From the NCBI GenBank assembly GCA_016932735.1, contig JAFGCI010000001.1:35772-99771 (forward strand): a stretch of 64,000 nt of DNA, in the 5' to 3' direction. The translations under genes were made by a program, and so were the position numbers. This DNA comes from Candidatus Aenigmatarchaeota archaeon. GTDB lineage: Archaea > Aenigmatarchaeota > Aenigmatarchaeia > QMZP01 > QMZT01. The notes under the pieces are model-generated. The model worked only from the letters and a program-made list of their open reading frames with translations. It ran no database searches and was not told the DNA's origin. This document shows, piece after piece, positions 1 through 9,968 of this stretch. Every line of letters begins with the position of its first letter. Position 1 is the stretch's first letter.

Positions 1-450
1 CTTGGCGGAAGCGGTGTCGGTGGCGGGACACTCTGGGGACTTTCAAAACTGATTCTTGATAAATCGATTGATGAAGCCGAAAAACTTGCAATGATTGGAA
101 GCTGTCAGAACATTGATATGACAGTCAATGACATAATCGGGACGGATTTATGCAAGATTCCGAAAGAAGCAACAGCAGCAAATTTCGGAAAACTTGACGG
201 AGAGTATAAGGACGCCGATTTGGCATCGGGCATGATTAACATGGTTGCAGAATCCTTGGGTGTCATGGCATATTTCGCTTCAAAGACGCAGAACCTTGAA
301 AATGAAATTCTTATCTGCGGGAGAGTTATTCTGAATAAAATGATAAAGGAGAGGATAACAGAAACCATCAGATTGTTCGGAGGAAGAGCAATTATACCAA
401 AAGATGCCGAATATTGCGGAGCGATAGGTGCTGCTCTTTCCTTATACTAG
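1..450 (+). CDS. Type II pantothenate kinase (Fumble family), 5'-truncated by window edge
   Basis: Frame open from base 1: LGGSGVGGGTLWGL motif, then TAANFGK and C-terminal YCGAIGA, all typical of type II PanK. Confidence 0.75.
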   Translation, partial: LGGSGVGGGTLWGLSKLILDKSIDEAEKLAMIGSCQNIDMTVNDIIGTDLCKIPKEATAANFGKLDGEYKDADLASGMINMVAESLGVMAYFASKTQNLENEILICGRVILNKMIKERITETIRLFGGRAIIPKDAEYCGAIGAALSLY

Positions 451-1650
451 TTACTCATATCTTAATGCATCCACCACTTTTAGTTTCGAAGCATTTATTG
501 CAGGAAGCAATCCTGATGCTATTCCCAGCAACGTACTGAAAATTACCGCTCCTGCAAAAAGAGCATAGTCAGGAATAAGAAGTATTTTTATGAAGCCGAA
601 AGTATTGATTAATGTTATGAATCCAAAGGCCATAGCAGTTCCCACAATTACCCCGATAACACCTCCGAAGAATCCAAGGAAAGCGCTTTCCAGAATGAAA
701 AGAGAAAGTATCTGCGAGTTCTTAGCACCTACAGCCTTCATTATCCCTATCTCTCTTGTTCTCTGAAGAACAGATGTGTATAGAGAATTCATGATTCCAA
801 GAGCCCCGACAAACAAGCTAATAAAAGCTATACTTAATACAACAAGATCGATAACACCAAGAAGACTTCCTATTCGCTCCTTAAGCTGTTTAGGCGTGAT
901 GACACCCATGTCATCCCTGCCTCTTGCCCTCTTAAGCTTCTGCTGGACTTTCTCGACAATAAGGTCAATATCCGCCCCAGGAGAAACTTTTGCGACAGCG
1001 GCAGTGACGGCCTTTGAATCTCCAATGCTATCGCGGAGATCATTTATCGGGACATAAATTATATTGTCTTGTGACTGGGTTCCCTGCTCTTCGAAAATAC
1101 CAACAACCGTGTATTTATCTCCATTTATCTTTATCGTTGTGCCGGCAAATACGTCTTTATCAAAAGTGTCGTATGCCACTTTGTAGCCTATATTGGCGAC
1201 ACGCCTGTCATTATTTTCCATATATCGGCCTTCAAGCAAATCCATTTTAAAATAATCCTCAGCTGTCCTGTCGCTTCCCCTGTCCGCGCCCACGCCGCTT
1301 ATTGATAGCCTTTTTCTCTCTCTTCCATATTGGACTTCGAAAGTGCTTTGCAGGATGGCGTCTACGGATAGAATCTGAGGAATGGATTTTATGGTTTCTA
1401 TGTCATCGGTTGTCATGAAGCCATATCCCTGAGGGCCCTGCTGGCCGGAAGACGCTTTAGGGCCTATCAGTATTTCATCTGCACCGAAGACGTCGAGCTG
1501 CTGAGTTACCCCGGCCTTAAGGCCGTTGCTAAGAATTATTAGGGCAACAAGCGCAGTTATTCCTATAACTATACCAAGGACTGTCAAAGACGAACGAAGC
1601 TTCCTTTCCTTCAGCTGGACCCAGACGATATTTGCTGTTCTTTTATCCAT
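451..1650 (-). CDS. ABC transporter permease (MacB/FtsX-like)
   Basis: RSSLTVLGIVIG N-terminal TM, periplasmic core, RTREIGIMKAVGA motif, C-terminal ALRYE; start taken at ATG 1650. Confidence 0.9.
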   Translation of the reverse strand: MDKRTANIVWVQLKERKLRSSLTVLGIVIGITALVALIILSNGLKAGVTQQLDVFGADEILIGPKASSGQQGPQGYGFMTTDDIETIKSIPQILSVDAILQSTFEVQYGRERKRLSISGVGADRGSDRTAEDYFKMDLLEGRYMENNDRRVANIGYKVAYDTFDKDVFAGTTIKINGDKYTVVGIFEEQGTQSQDNIIYVPINDLRDSIGDSKAVTAAVAKVSPGADIDLIVEKVQQKLKRARGRDDMGVITPKQLKERIGSLLGVIDLVVLSIAFISLFVGALGIMNSLYTSVLQRTREIGIMKAVGAKNSQILSLFILESAFLGFFGGVIGVIVGTAMAFGFITLINTFGFIKILLIPDYALFAGAVIFSTLLGIASGLLPAINASKLKVVDALRYE

Positions 1651-2858
1651 TAATGTTCCCTTAGTGTGTCGATAATTTTTTTCTTGGAGGCGGACCATGC
1701 CGGTATAAGCCCGGAAATCAATCCCACAAAAAATGCAAATGCAAGAACGCCAAATACATTAAGCGGAAGTATGTAAACCTTTAGCATGGGATAGCCCATT
1801 TCGATGGCTACAAAACCTATGACAAGTGAAAATATTATTCCTAATATTATGCCAGCCAGACCGCCAAAGAATCCAATCAGACCGCTCTCAAGCATGAATA
1901 TCTGAAGTATGTCACTATTGGTCGCTCCGATTGACTTCATTATCCCGATCTCTTTCTCCCTCTCAAGTACCGATGTAAACATATTGTTTGCAATCCCGAC
2001 TGCGCCAACTATAAGGCTGACTGAGGCTATCGCAAGGAGTATGCCCTGCGCAAGCGCCATTATATTATTGAATTGTTTAATCAGCGACTCAGGAGTCATT
2101 GTGATAAAGGTGTCCTTTCCTTTCTTCCTTTCAAGGGCGCGTATAAGCCTTTCTTCAGCGAAATCAATATCAATCCCGTCCTTAACTACAGCATCAATAG
2201 CAGTCACTGTTTCTGAAGAATTGAGTACGGTTTTTGCATCTTCATAAGTTATTATAACAGATCTGTCATCCTCTACCCCGAGCTCCTTGTAGATGCCTAC
2301 AACAGTGAATTTATGGTCGTTTACATAAACGGAATTTCTCAGCTTGATAGGCTTTTCAAAGAAATCATCGTCATATGCAATCGAGTAGCCTAATATTGCT
2401 ACACCTCTCTCATCTTCGTTGAATGATCTACCCTCTACAAGATTTTCCTCTATTCTGTATTCCTTATTTATGGCATCCGCATTCGAGCTCGGGAAAGACT
2501 GCACCATAAGATACAATTCTGTACCTCCGTATTCCACTTTCTGTGCCTGCCTTACTATGGTCGGGACGACCATTTTGAAATACGGCAATGATTCTATATA
2601 ACCCACATCGCTTTCGAGCAGCTGCTGTGTTATCTGGGTGGGGTTGTTGAATTCAGCCATCACAAAAATCCTGTTTCTTCCAAACTCATCAAAAAGTTCA
2701 TTTATTGCTCCGGAAACTCCTGCCGATAAAGATAACAGGGTAAGAATGACAGCTATTGATATGACTATCCCGAAGATAGTGAGCCAGCTACGGATGCTTC
2801 TTTCCCTGATTGACTTCAGTCCCATTTTTACATATCTCGGCTTTATCAATTCGACCAC
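1650..2858 (-). CDS. ABC transporter permease (MacB/FtsX-like), paralog
   Basis: RSWLTIFGIVI, EREKEIGIMKSIGA, 4-TM layout. Confidence 0.9.
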   Translation of the reverse strand: MVELIKPRYVKMGLKSIRERSIRSWLTIFGIVISIAVILTLLSLSAGVSGAINELFDEFGRNRIFVMAEFNNPTQITQQLLESDVGYIESLPYFKMVVPTIVRQAQKVEYGGTELYLMVQSFPSSNADAINKEYRIEENLVEGRSFNEDERGVAILGYSIAYDDDFFEKPIKLRNSVYVNDHKFTVVGIYKELGVEDDRSVIITYEDAKTVLNSSETVTAIDAVVKDGIDIDFAEERLIRALERKKGKDTFITMTPESLIKQFNNIMALAQGILLAIASVSLIVGAVGIANNMFTSVLEREKEIGIMKSIGATNSDILQIFMLESGLIGFFGGLAGIILGIIFSLVIGFVAIEMGYPMLKVYILPLNVFGVLAFAFFVGLISGLIPAWSASKKKIIDTLREH

Positions 2859-2886
2859 TTAATTAAATAAAATAAAGGGAAGAGGA

Positions 2887-4134
2887 TTACTTCCTCTTGC
2901 ATTTTTTCCTGCACCTTCTTCTGTACCACCAGAATCCTACAAGTCCGATCACCACTACCCAAATTAAAGCAGTTGCACTGTAATCCACTGGTGCCATAAG
3001 ACCTATTTCTGTAGCCTTTTCATGGGAATATAATTTGTTCTGCAGGCTGAACTTCTCTGAATAGACCTTGTCGTAGCTATCCCTGTAATGCAGATTGAAG
3101 ACTAACGGAACAGAGTTCTTATCGCTCGGATATATGAATATATCAAACTGGCCGGTTTCAAAGTCATCACTTTCAAGATTGCCGAGATATGACTTCGGAG
3201 AACTTATTATGTCGTAATCATCAGTATCGACCATTTCAAGGACTACGAAATTCAACATGTCTTTTCCTATGTTAGAGATGCTGACCACAACCCGTCCCTT
3301 CTTGCCACCCATGAATAACTCTGTGTCTTCCAGATTGGTAAGGTAAGCAGGTTGAGCTGTTACAGGAACGCCAACAAATGTGGAATCTGTATACTCTGTT
3401 GAGAATTTATCATAGTATGTGAGTATCACCGGAAGCTGATTTACTTTGATATCAGTGTCAGCATCAACGAAGAATTTGAAAGTCACGTCCTGTGAGCTTT
3501 GCCCTGATATCCTTTTGATTATTTTCTGGTTCGTTGTCCCTACTGGTGTAAAGCCTGTTCCTGTGGTGTCGACTTTGACCTTTACGTTGTCGATGAACCC
3601 TGTTCCCTTGTTGTCTATCTCTATCTTCATCTCAAACATATTTCCAAGCTCGACCTCTTCGGGCGTTATTGTCACCTGGCCTATCTCAGCAATGCCCTGT
3701 TTTGACTGTATCCTTATAACCTGTTCATTCGAGCTGATGACAAAGTCTGGTTCGCTTGTTTTCCAGTATTTGAGTTTTACCTTATTCATATAGCCTTCCA
3801 CGGCATCCTCGGCGACCCTTGCTTTCCAGTAGATTATCGCGCCGTCTGTAAGTGTCTGGTAGCCGGTCAGAGAGCCGACGCTTTTTCTGGCGGTTTCGCT
3901 GGGATCCAGGCTGAAGGGGTAATTATAATCAAGCTCAAATGTGTAATCGGTGCTTTTTGAAGCCAGGTTGTCTATCTTCCATCTGAGCTCTACATAATCT
4001 CCGGGCTCTACCGGATCCGGAGTCTGGCTTATGAAACTTACGCTTATCCTCGGGTCTTCAGCAGCTTTCACGCTAACTGTCAGTGATAACAGCAGAACTG
4101 CCAGAACCGTCAATAAAACAATCTCCTTTTTCAT
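2887..4134 (-). CDS. S-layer-domain (COG1361-like) membrane-anchored protein associated with the ABC exporter
   Basis: Signal peptide, QTPDPVEPGDYVELRW Ig-like repeats, YLGNLESDD, C-terminal TM plus basic tail. Confidence 0.75.
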   Translation of the reverse strand: MKKEIVLLTVLAVLLLSLTVSVKAAEDPRISVSFISQTPDPVEPGDYVELRWKIDNLASKSTDYTFELDYNYPFSLDPSETARKSVGSLTGYQTLTDGAIIYWKARVAEDAVEGYMNKVKLKYWKTSEPDFVISSNEQVIRIQSKQGIAEIGQVTITPEEVELGNMFEMKIEIDNKGTGFIDNVKVKVDTTGTGFTPVGTTNQKIIKRISGQSSQDVTFKFFVDADTDIKVNQLPVILTYYDKFSTEYTDSTFVGVPVTAQPAYLTNLEDTELFMGGKKGRVVVSISNIGKDMLNFVVLEMVDTDDYDIISSPKSYLGNLESDDFETGQFDIFIYPSDKNSVPLVFNLHYRDSYDKVYSEKFSLQNKLYSHEKATEIGLMAPVDYSATALIWVVVIGLVGFWWYRRRCRKKCKRK

Positions 4135-4943
4135 TTCTTCACCTCAGAATTATCTTTATTATTGATCTTTTCTTCCCATTCCATTTTGATTTTTATTGCC
4201 TCCTCGAGTTTCCTGATAGCACCGTTTTTGTCTTTTTCTGTATTGATTTTTTCATCGACTATCAGCCCGTCAAACAGGACCACGGTCCTGTCGGCGAGTT
4301 TTGCAAGATCATCATCGTGTGTGACCATTATGACAGTCACATTATTTTTCTGGTTAAGTTCTATAAGGAATTCAATTATCTGCTTTCCTGTCTTGCTGTC
4401 AAGATTGCCCGTAGGTTCGTCAGCTAATATGACCTCTGGGTTGTTTGCAAGCGCTCTTGCAATAGCTACTCTCTGGCGCTCTCCTCCAGAAAGCTCTCCC
4501 GGCTTATGATCTCTTCGGTGATCGAGCTGGACAAGTTTCAGAACCTTTTCAATCCTTTCTTTGGTTTCGCTTAATGAGACGCCCTGAAAAACCAGAGGCA
4601 TCGAGACATTCTCGTAGACAGATAATGTGGGCATGAGATTGAAAGTCTGGAATATAAATCCTATTTTTCTTCCGCGAACCTGTGCCAGTTCGCTTTCTGA
4701 CATGTCGGCTATATTTTCCCCGTCGAGGTAGATATCGCCCTTTGTCGGGGTATCTATGCATCCTATCTGGTTTACCATAGTGGATTTTCCGGAGCCGGAT
4801 TTTCCGACAATGGAAAGGAATTCGCCTCTTTTGACTTTGAGCGTAATGCTCCTCAATGCCGTGACTTCAACTTCATCGAGCTGGTACGTCCTGCCGACAT
4901 TTTTCAACTCAATTATGTAATCATTTTTTTGCATCCTGACCAT
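4131..4943 (-). CDS. ABC transporter ATP-binding protein (LolD/MacB-like)
   Basis: Walker A GKSGSGKST, LSGGERQRVAIARAL, ILADEPTGNLD. Confidence 0.95.
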   Translation of the reverse strand: MVRMQKNDYIIELKNVGRTYQLDEVEVTALRSITLKVKRGEFLSIVGKSGSGKSTMVNQIGCIDTPTKGDIYLDGENIADMSESELAQVRGRKIGFIFQTFNLMPTLSVYENVSMPLVFQGVSLSETKERIEKVLKLVQLDHRRDHKPGELSGGERQRVAIARALANNPEVILADEPTGNLDSKTGKQIIEFLIELNQKNNVTVIMVTHDDDLAKLADRTVVLFDGLIVDEKINTEKDKNGAIRKLEEAIKIKMEWEEKINNKDNSEVKK

Positions 4944-5361
4944 CCTCTAACTTCTTAATACATTCAGTAAGAATCTTTTTAGCCTTTTTCTTATCCTTCT
5001 GCTTTTCAAACAAGTGGCAGATGCGGAATGTTAAAAGGATATCGTCCTTTCTGAATATATTTTCATAAACACCGAATTTATTCATGAGCTCCTTGAAGCC
5101 TAGTTTTATCTGGTTTTTAATAGCGTTTCTGCCGTTTTCATTTATCTTATATAATATCTTTTTATCGGACTTTCTTGATTCGATTAAACCCTCTTTTTCG
5201 AGTTCCTTCAGGGCCGGGTATATGGAACCGCAGGAAGGAACGTCATGGCTTTCTGTTATTTTGCTTATCTCTTTCCTGAGCGTGTAGCCGCACATGTCCC
5301 TATCTGATAACATGAAAAGTATCAGACGCTGAACGGAACCCTTTCTTCTGACCATAATCAT
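4921..5361 (-). CDS. PadR-family transcriptional regulator
   Basis: GY-x-L, GSIYPALKELEKEGLI, Y-x-I-x-x-x-G winged helix; first gene of the ABC operon. Confidence 0.85.
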   Translation of the reverse strand: MIMVRRKGSVQRLILFMLSDRDMCGYTLRKEISKITESHDVPSCGSIYPALKELEKEGLIESRKSDKKILYKINENGRNAIKNQIKLGFKELMNKFGVYENIFRKDDILLTFRICHLFEKQKDKKKAKKILTECIKKLEDGQDAKK

Positions 5362-5387
5362 AATATTGAATTTGATAATATAAATAT

Positions 5388-5432
5388 ATCGTAATACGAT
5401 ACAATCGATTCTCGATAGTATCGCTATCCGAT
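5388..5432. promoter_or_regulatory. Three tandem ATCG-N5-CGAT palindromes, putative PadR operators
   Basis: Copies at 5388-5400, 5404-5416, 5420-5432 with exact 16-bp period, just upstream of padR. Confidence 0.6.
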
Positions 5433-5445
5433 ATTTATTAAAAAA

Positions 5446-5826
5446 TCAAGAGCTTATCCAGAGCCCATGAATGTTGCAGTATTCCCTTGCCTTAAATGTT
5501 CCTCCCTTTATATTGAATTCCTTTTCAGGCTTCTCTCCCGGTTTAAGATATTTCCTGAGAACCCTGTCTTCGGTGACGACTTCAATGAATTCAATGTAAT
5601 GATCTTCAGTCATCGGATGGCCGACGGAACCGACCTTAACTTTTACTCTGTTCTCATCAATCTTCTCAATTACAGGAACGTGCTTCTCTTTTGCGGCATC
5701 GACTGTGTTTTCTTTCATATGTTTCATGGGCTGGCCGCAGCATACAAGCTCGCCTGCCCCTTCATGAACAACCTCGACAACATTCCCGCATATTTCGCAT
5801 TTGTAAACAGCTTTAAATTCTGCCAT
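5446..5826 (-). CDS. dfx: Desulfoferrodoxin (2Fe superoxide reductase)
   Basis: YKCEICGN...CCG centre I; EKHVP, HPM-x-x-x-H, CNIHG centre II; GAGGTGA SD. Confidence 0.93.
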   Translation of the reverse strand: MAEFKAVYKCEICGNVVEVVHEGAGELVCCGQPMKHMKENTVDAAKEKHVPVIEKIDENRVKVKVGSVGHPMTEDHYIEFIEVVTEDRVLRKYLKPGEKPEKEFNIKGGTFKAREYCNIHGLWISS

Positions 5827-5836
5827 TTTATCACCT

Positions 5837-6088
5837 CTATTGATTATCAGCGTTAATCTTCTCAAGTTCTGTGTCTATCGCGTGTTGATTGAAACCGATT
5901 ATTATTTTTCCGTTTATCTCTATCTGAGGGACGCCCATCTGCCTTGATTTGGAAAGCATCTCTTCGCGGCCTTCCAAATCTTCTGCTACATTTATTTCCG
6001 TGAATTCAATGCCCCTTTCTTCGAGATACTCTTTTACCCTGTAGCACCACGGGCATGTCGGAGTTGAATAAACCTTTATCTCTGTCAT
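5837..6088 (-). CDS. Glutaredoxin-like (NrdH/YruB-type) protein
   Basis: YSTPTCPWC, GVPQI, IIGF. Confidence 0.9.
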   Translation of the reverse strand: MTEIKVYSTPTCPWCYRVKEYLEERGIEFTEINVAEDLEGREEMLSKSRQMGVPQIEINGKIIIGFNQHAIDTELEKINADNQ

Positions 6089-6600
6089 AATCTCTCCTCC
6101 GAAAGCTTTAAGTGGTCTGTTTCAACCTCTACAAGAGCATTAAATATCTGCTTAATTCTGGGATTAGATGATTCTGAAGCGGCCTTTTTATAGAAATTAA
6201 TTGCTCTCGCTTCCCTTGCATGGGAATCCTTAAGGTCTTCTTTATATTCAACAGAGCATTTATCAGTTCCCTTAGGGATTGAATCCAATTTCAGTATTTT
6301 CTTCCAAATAGCCGCATGCTCTGCTTCAACTTTGCCAAGAGCCTTGAAAAGTTTCTGACCTTCTGCCTCTTTCACCTTTTCTGCAGCGCAGAAATAGAAC
6401 GCAGAATTGCCGATTTCAACTTCCAAAGCGTGCTCTGCATTTGCCCTGTCTTTATCATTAAGCTCTACATCAAAGCTAGCGTTCGCGTCTTTGAATTCTT
6501 TTATGAATTTTCTTTTTGCCCCACAGAACGGACAATTGGCAGGTGACTCATCGCCTATGTAAGGATCTCCGCAAATTTCGCATCTCCATAGATTTACCAT
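6085..6600 (-). CDS. Rubredoxin-domain ferritin-like protein (reverse-rubrerythrin-like)
   Basis: N-terminal WRCEICG...CPFCG then E-x-x-H diiron motifs (EAEH, ETDH). Confidence 0.85.
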   Translation of the reverse strand: MVNLWRCEICGDPYIGDESPANCPFCGAKRKFIKEFKDANASFDVELNDKDRANAEHALEVEIGNSAFYFCAAEKVKEAEGQKLFKALGKVEAEHAAIWKKILKLDSIPKGTDKCSVEYKEDLKDSHAREARAINFYKKAASESSNPRIKQIFNALVEVETDHLKLSEERL

Positions 6601-6604
6601 ATAA

Positions 6605-6994
6605 TCACTCTCCTTTTTTCTTGCATTTTTTGCATGTTCCATAAAATATTATTCTAACGGATTTTGGGAAGAACTCTTCAGAATCTACGCTTTTCATGGC
6701 CTGCTCTGAAAGTTTCTTGTTAAATATATCAATCAGTTTTCCGCATTTCGTACAGACAAAATGCTGGTGGCAGCAGGTATCGCCGTCAAACCGATACTCC
6801 TTTCCTATCTCAAACCTTAATATCTGTCCTTGCTCTGCTAAAAGATTAAGGTTCCTGTAAACAGTTGCTAACGTAATTGCGGGAAGGTCTCTTGAGACAG
6901 CTTTGTAGACCATCTCGGCGGTAGGATGCGTCTTAACACTTCTGAGATATTCAAGTATCTTTAGTCTCTGGCTCGTCATGCGATTTTTCCCCAT
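6605..6994 (-). CDS. Fur/PerR-family transcriptional repressor
   Basis: RMTSQR, HPTAE, ATVYRNL, HQHFVCTKCG, C-terminal CKKC. Confidence 0.92.
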   Translation of the reverse strand: MGKNRMTSQRLKILEYLRSVKTHPTAEMVYKAVSRDLPAITLATVYRNLNLLAEQGQILRFEIGKEYRFDGDTCCHQHFVCTKCGKLIDIFNKKLSEQAMKSVDSEEFFPKSVRIIFYGTCKKCKKKGE

Positions 6995-7011
6995 TTATAT
7001 CTCCTTTATGT

Positions 7012-7039
7012 TTTATTAATAATAATTATTATTAATAAA
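7012..7039. promoter_or_regulatory. Perfect 28-bp AT palindrome, Fur/Per-box-like operator
   Basis: TTTATTAATAATAA|TTATTATTAATAAA 18 bp upstream of the fur/perR start. Confidence 0.6.
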
Positions 7040-7131
7040 TATAAATTACTAATATATAAAGATTTGCATTAAGTCTATAGATATATCCTGAACTTAGTCA
7101 GAAAAAAATGAAATAAGAAAAAGAAAGGGGG

Positions 7132-9303
7132 TTAATAAACAGGAATGTTTCCGGTTGTTCCCGTTTTCAGTTCTATCTTCTTGACCGATTCCAAATCTTC
7201 GATATTATTTATCCTCAGAAGGTTAGGAGATTTGGTGTATAGCAGTTCCTCGATGTATAGACTTCTTTCGACCTGAGGAGACCAGTAGTTGGAATTGTCT
7301 GAATGGTCAATGAGGCCGCGAAGTACAATCTCGTCTTCAGTTATATGGAAGACGAACGCTCCGTTGTAGCCTTCAGAACTTCCCTCGCCGTTGTAGCCTT
7401 TGTATGTGTATGAATATGCGGGGATTACGAGAAGCTCCTTCTCTTTCGAGAAAAGGAACGCATGATGGTCGTACAAAGCGGTTGACTGCGCGTATCTTTC
7501 ATCAGTCACGAACTTTGCCGTCTCCTTAGGACTTACTACATTAGTCACATCAAAGATGCTTATCTTCAGTCCTGTCGTTCTTCCGGTTTCGGTCGCATCC
7601 TGACCTATACCTATGATATGGTTGTCATCATACGGATGCAGGTATCTTGAGAATCCCGGAATCTTTAATTCACCAAGATTCTGTATGTTCCTCGGGTTGC
7701 TAAGGTCTATGACGAAGAACGGATCGACCTGACGGAACGTCACCATGTACAAACGATCGCCCATGAATCTTGTCGAATAAATCTGTTCGCCTTTTGCAAG
7801 TCCTTCCAGCTTTCCAATTATATTCAGTCCCGAATCGAGTGCATAGACATTATTCTGTGATTCGATGGTTTCCGAACCAAACTGCGACCATCTTCTTGAG
7901 ACGGTCGTTGCAATCCTGAATACATTATCGTTCTCGTCCATTGAGAACTGGTTCATTATATGTCCCGGGACCTTTCCGTTCGCATCAACAGAAATCTGCC
8001 CGTTGTCGTATCCGAGCTTGTTAACTACAGTGTATTCGAAGTAGTCATATTTTGCAAGCTCCGCCTTCAGAAGGATTTCGGCCTGATCCTGCATAGCTTC
8101 CTGCTCTTTTTGTGTGAGATAGTTTGCATAGTTCTGATAAATCTCGAATATCTTTGCATCCTTCTCATACTGTGACAGTACATCATTGTCTGTCTGTTTT
8201 ATCTTCTCTATTACAGTCCTGTCAGCATCCGACAAATAAGGCTCCATGAGCTGCATTATAATCTTTTTCTGGATATCCCATTCATTTATCTGTTCGGTGT
8301 ATGTGATGTATATGTTATCGTGAGACATGTATAAGTTCTGGTTGTATTCCACAAAGACTGCCTTTGAATCTATATCATCGGATGGGTTGGCAAGATTTAT
8401 TGCATGGACTGTCATAAGATGAGCATTCGTGTAAGGGATGTCAAAGTAATAGATGTCTGAAACAGGCATTGATATCTTCTCTTCGCCTCTGACGATTATG
8501 GGCGTCGGGAAGTCCGTCCTGTAGTCGGGCATGGAACTTGAGACAAAATATACATAGTCGCCCTTCATTCTTGCACGGAAATAATTTCCTTCAAACTTGT
8601 ACTCCTTCGTAAGGGTTGGATTCTCCCTGTCAGAAATATCATATATGTTGAAGTAAGTCATTCCGTATTTGGGGCGAAAATCAATCTTTCTGAAGAATTC
8701 CGCGTTGTTGAAATTTCCAAAAACAGAAAGCTTATCTCCGTTTATGAAAAGGTCGCTCGGGCTGTTATCGAACTTTATAGTGGAAACAATCTCCGCGTCC
8801 TCTCCTGGATATGCCTTTATGATAAAGACTGTGTTTCCCGTAATCGTATAAATGTAGTTGCCGTCGGTTTTTATGATGTCAGCTTCATCAACACCTTTGA
8901 CCTGGACGTTCGTTTCAGAGTAGTCCCATGAAGAACCGGATTCACCTGCCTTCTGAATTCCGTCCGCCAAAGGAGCTGCAGTAGGAGTTGCCATGGAATC
9001 CATTGCTATAGATTCTTCCATTACTCCTGTGCTTCTTGCGAAGCCGCTTCCGCTATAATAATAGCTGCCGCCCTGATTGGATTTCACGAAATTCGTGAAC
9101 TCATCAACCGTTGAAAATTGTTTCGTATTCACGGGGGAAATTGGGTCGAAGCTCGACGAACTGTATGTGCCCCGTTGCAGCGCAACAGAAATAGGGTTGC
9201 TGATACCCGGTGTTGTCAGAATGAACGCTGATACAGCAAGGACTACCACAGAAAAAATGGCCAGCCCAAGGCTCGCAGCATTCGGCTTATTATCTTTACT
9301 CAT
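7132..9303 (-). CDS. Membrane-anchored beta-propeller domain protein (Beta_propel family)
   Basis: N-terminal TM, YSETNVQVKGVDEADIIKTDG, NQFSMDE, VTFRQVDPFFVIDL, GELKIPGFSRYLHP. Confidence 0.85.
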   Translation of the reverse strand: MSKDNKPNAASLGLAIFSVVVLAVSAFILTTPGISNPISVALQRGTYSSSSFDPISPVNTKQFSTVDEFTNFVKSNQGGSYYYSGSGFARSTGVMEESIAMDSMATPTAAPLADGIQKAGESGSSWDYSETNVQVKGVDEADIIKTDGNYIYTITGNTVFIIKAYPGEDAEIVSTIKFDNSPSDLFINGDKLSVFGNFNNAEFFRKIDFRPKYGMTYFNIYDISDRENPTLTKEYKFEGNYFRARMKGDYVYFVSSSMPDYRTDFPTPIIVRGEEKISMPVSDIYYFDIPYTNAHLMTVHAINLANPSDDIDSKAVFVEYNQNLYMSHDNIYITYTEQINEWDIQKKIIMQLMEPYLSDADRTVIEKIKQTDNDVLSQYEKDAKIFEIYQNYANYLTQKEQEAMQDQAEILLKAELAKYDYFEYTVVNKLGYDNGQISVDANGKVPGHIMNQFSMDENDNVFRIATTVSRRWSQFGSETIESQNNVYALDSGLNIIGKLEGLAKGEQIYSTRFMGDRLYMVTFRQVDPFFVIDLSNPRNIQNLGELKIPGFSRYLHPYDDNHIIGIGQDATETGRTTGLKISIFDVTNVVSPKETAKFVTDERYAQSTALYDHHAFLFSKEKELLVIPAYSYTYKGYNGEGSSEGYNGAFVFHITEDEIVLRGLIDHSDNSNYWSPQVERSLYIEELLYTKSPNLLRINNIEDLESVKKIELKTGTTGNIPVY

Positions 9304-9460
9304 AATATAATCACCTTCATTGTTTAAACAGATTGCATTAACCTGCTAAATAATAGTTGAATTAAGATTAATAATCTCTTTTCGTTTTATTGCGGGATTT
9401 CCCGAAAATAAGACCAAGCAAATGGCATGATTTAAAAAAAGAAACATACATACTGTTATT

Positions 9461-9772
9461 ATGGCAAGCGACATGAACAAGGCGAGGATTGTAATCATTA
9501 TAGGCATTATAGCAATCATAGCTGTCGCAGTTTTCGGCGGAACATGGTTCTTTTTCACAAAGGACAAAGCGGTTCCTGTATCATGGGATGTTGCCTCAAT
9601 GCTTCTTCAGGAAGGGAATGTATTGACGGTCATGCGGACCTCCGAGGGAATATACTTCGTTGTAGACGCCGAAAGAACTATAGTTTCTCAGGAGCCTTAC
9701 GAAAACGCGCTTGAATCCGAGCTTTCGAAGTGCGGAGAAAAATGCAGCAGGACCGAATATATCAGGCAGTGA
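9461..9772 (+). CDS. Small membrane-anchored hypothetical protein
   Basis: N-terminal TM helix; TTTAAAAA TATA-like element upstream. Confidence 0.6.
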   Translation: MASDMNKARIVIIIGIIAIIAVAVFGGTWFFFTKDKAVPVSWDVASMLLQEGNVLTVMRTSEGIYFVVDAERTIVSQEPYENALESELSKCGEKCSRTEYIRQ

Positions 9773-9773
9773 T

Positions 9774-9968
9774 CTAATCCTCAAAAACAAAAACCTCATC
9801 TATCTTAGACTTGAGGGCTTTCGATATATCATGAGCCAGTTTAAGGGACGGGTTGTATTTTCCTTTCTCCAAAAAGACAATGGTCTCCCTTCTGACCCCC
9901 ACAATCCTTGCAAGGTCGTCCTGAGTCATGCCGAACCTTGCGCGAAGCTCCTTTATTTTTGTTTTCAT
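9774..9968 (-). CDS. XRE-family HTH regulator
   Basis: [17 protein letters not shown]...[12 protein letters not shown]. Confidence 0.9.
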   Translation of the reverse strand: MKTKIKELRARFGMTQDDLARIVGVRRETIVFLEKGKYNPSLKLAHDISKALKSKIDEVFVFED

